This document shows, piece after piece, positions 19,527 to 21,367 of a stretch of 21,367 nt of DNA. The position numbers and the translations under genes are program-made. Source of the stretch: Octopus sinensis (Eukaryota). Location: the NCBI RefSeq assembly GCF_006345805.1, contig NW_021824505.1, forward strand, positions 1-21,367. The letters are read 5' to 3'. Numbering within the stretch: the first letter of the stretch is position 1; every line of letters starts with the position of its first letter. The notes below the pieces were generated by a model that did no database searches, was not told where the DNA came from, and saw only the letters and a list, made by a program, of their open reading frames with translations.

Positions 19527-19743
19527 TTTCTTTTAAATATTCAGACAAATACATAACAAAAACACTAGGACTTACAAACACATATAACATACAGAAAATT
19601 GCACTACTAGGCACTGCACACATCCTACGCAGAACACTTTCCATACAATAACCATCAGAGCATCACAACAAATCACAGCACATACCCAGGCACACAGAGC
19701 TGCGCTTGGTAGTGAAGTGAAAGCACACTATAAAAATAAAATA

Positions 19744-19746
<3 letters not shown>
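19523..19746 (+). mobile_element. 5'-truncated R4/Dong-like (restriction-like endonuclease) non-LTR retrotransposon 3' end within (AAT)n
   Basis: Translates YNIQKIALLGTAHILRRTLSIQ* (compare QK.ALLGTA.ILR..L, the C-terminus of R4/Dong-type ORFs), then about 95 nt of 3' UTR. (AAT)n lies on both sides (19469-19522 and 19747-19900). Confidence 0.8.
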
Positions 19747-19774
<28 letters not shown>

Positions 19775-19861
19775 GAATAATAATAATGATGATGAATAAT
19801 GAGTGATAATGAATAATAATAATAATAATTGAAATAATAATAAGTAATAGTAGTAATAGAC

Positions 19862-19901
<40 letters not shown>

Positions 19902-20150
19902 TTTTGACTCATAAATGATCTTGACATTTTTTTTCTTTATATAAAAATAATCTTACATTCTGCTGTTGTTTTATTGCTATTTATTTACAAGTATTGTGAA
20001 TTTTATTGGTAAAATATTGCTCTGCTTAAGAGTTTTTCATGTATGAGTGCACGGTGGGAACCAATTGTCTCATATATCAAGGCATTACCATCTATATATA
20101 TAATATATATAATAATATATAATATAATAAATATATATATATATAATTAA

Positions 20151-20490
20151 TAATAAAGGTTATTTGCAACAAGTGCTTAAACCACATACCATAAATATTA
20201 GAAATAGCAGCCAAATAGGTTACCATTACTTATTACTACAAAAATAGTCTCCACCAACAACAGTATTTGTAACTCGTTTCGATTCTAATCCAGAAACGAT
20301 CGTCCATAATTAATCCAAAGTAGACCATGTGATTTCGTTGTCTTCCTTCTTTTTACAATATATGGGTTACAAATATTGCTGTTTGTGGAGCCATATTTTT
20401 GTAGTAATAGTAATGGTAACCTATTTGGCTGCTATTTCTAATATTTTCGGTATGTGGTTTAAGCAACTTATTGCAAATAACCCTTTATTA
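20151..20490. mobile_element. MITE/fold-back-like element with ~125-bp inverted arms (20151-20275 and 20364-20490) and 88-bp spacer
   Basis: taataaaggttatttgcaa...tattagaaatagcagccaaataggttaccattac...gtatttgtaactc pairs with gggttacaaatat...gtaatggtaacctatttggctgctatttctaata...ttgcaaataaccctttatta. The flanks are TA-rich, so a TSD cannot be resolved. Confidence 0.8.
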
Positions 20491-20595
20491 TAATTATATA
20501 TAATTTTTACCGAATGTGGTCCTTTTCATACCGAAAAACTACTAGGTGAAATTTATTAATTATATTAAATTAATTATATTTCACCCTTTATATGT

Positions 20596-20643
<48 letters not shown>

Positions 20644-21095
20644 ATATTATATTTATAATATGTGTAGATCGTATACGGGTGGGTATATATTTATAAAAAA
20701 GAAGTTTGAAAACGCCACTATATAAGATAAATTTAAATTTTCTTAGAAATTTTACATGTTTCAGTTCTTCTTATCAAAATATTAAAAAAAGTTAAGTGTA
20801 ATAAAAAAGTTCATAATTGTTTCTTTCTGGTCTCAACAGAATCCACGTGGTTGTTTTTAGCTGTCTTATGTGTCCGAATGGTCAGTGGCTGAAATGGCAG
20901 TAGCAGCAGTGACTGTTGGTCGTAGTAGTAGTAACCGTAGTGGTGGTTGGGGTTGCAGCAGCTCATTGGTTGTAGCAGCTTATATAAACAGGAGGTACAA
21001 ATATTACAGGCACTTCCCCCCCCCCCCCCCACACATTAACTAAACATAGACACACATGCGCAAATGAAGACACATACAATAGAAATACAAAAAAG

Positions 21096-21303
21096 GCTGA
21101 TGGTTAGTAAGGAGAGACACACAAATAAGAAAGAAGAAAGCAAAGGATCACTGATGAGGTCACAGGAGTGTGACGAAAGAACTCTGGCCGAAATAAAATT
21201 GAGATTAATGTAAAAAATAAATAACGCAGAAGCAAAGTAACACCAAACACGTGTGTTTTTATTGGCTAAACTGGCAAAATGACCATTCCGAAATATAACA
21301 ATA
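21096..21303 (+). mobile_element. Solo copy (C) of the ~210-bp hammerhead-bearing unit
   Basis: Collinear with 1683-1898 (minus) and 1910-2116 (plus), from gctgatggttagtaaggagagacac to ccgaaatataacaata. Confidence 0.9.
21145..21189 (+). ncRNA. Minimal type I hammerhead ribozyme motif (copy C), core and stem II intact
   Basis: GGATCA CTGATGA G GTCACA GGAG TGTGAC GAAA G AA CTC / TGGCC. Stem II is a perfect 6 bp and stem III is 2 bp with an AA loop. Predicted cleavage is after CTC (21184). Confidence 0.7.
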
Positions 21304-21367
21304 GCATTTATTTCCTTTTATACCAAACTTCTTTCTCGAGACACCAGCACACTGTTGAACATGTACA

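Overview
AT-rich, microsatellite-dense eukaryotic DNA, probably intronic or intergenic. The SINE, LINE and microsatellite mix looks like an octopus (coleoid cephalopod) genome; this is inference from recalled repeat families, not a database result. I find no intact protein-coding gene. Most listed ORFs are translations of (TA/CA/TACA/TATC/CCA/AAT)n arrays or antisense shadows. The real coding traces are all transposon relics: RTE-BovB-like LINE pieces, an RTE-X-like LINE insertion, a Penelope-like (GIY-YIG) element, an I-group LINE endonuclease, an R4/Dong-like 3' end, a maT (DD37D-spaced) transposon and a mariner N-terminus. At least five SINE-like families are present, labelled A-E here for convenience. 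Three things stand out. (1) A dispersed ~210-bp unit with common ends occurs in three copies, two of them head-to-head. It carries a minimal type I hammerhead ribozyme whose core is intact in two copies. (2) There are several 5'-inversion or fold-back insertions, including a TSD-flanked RTE-X copy with an inverted endonuclease segment and a SINE with an inverted tRNA head. (3) There is a high density of long inverted repeats.
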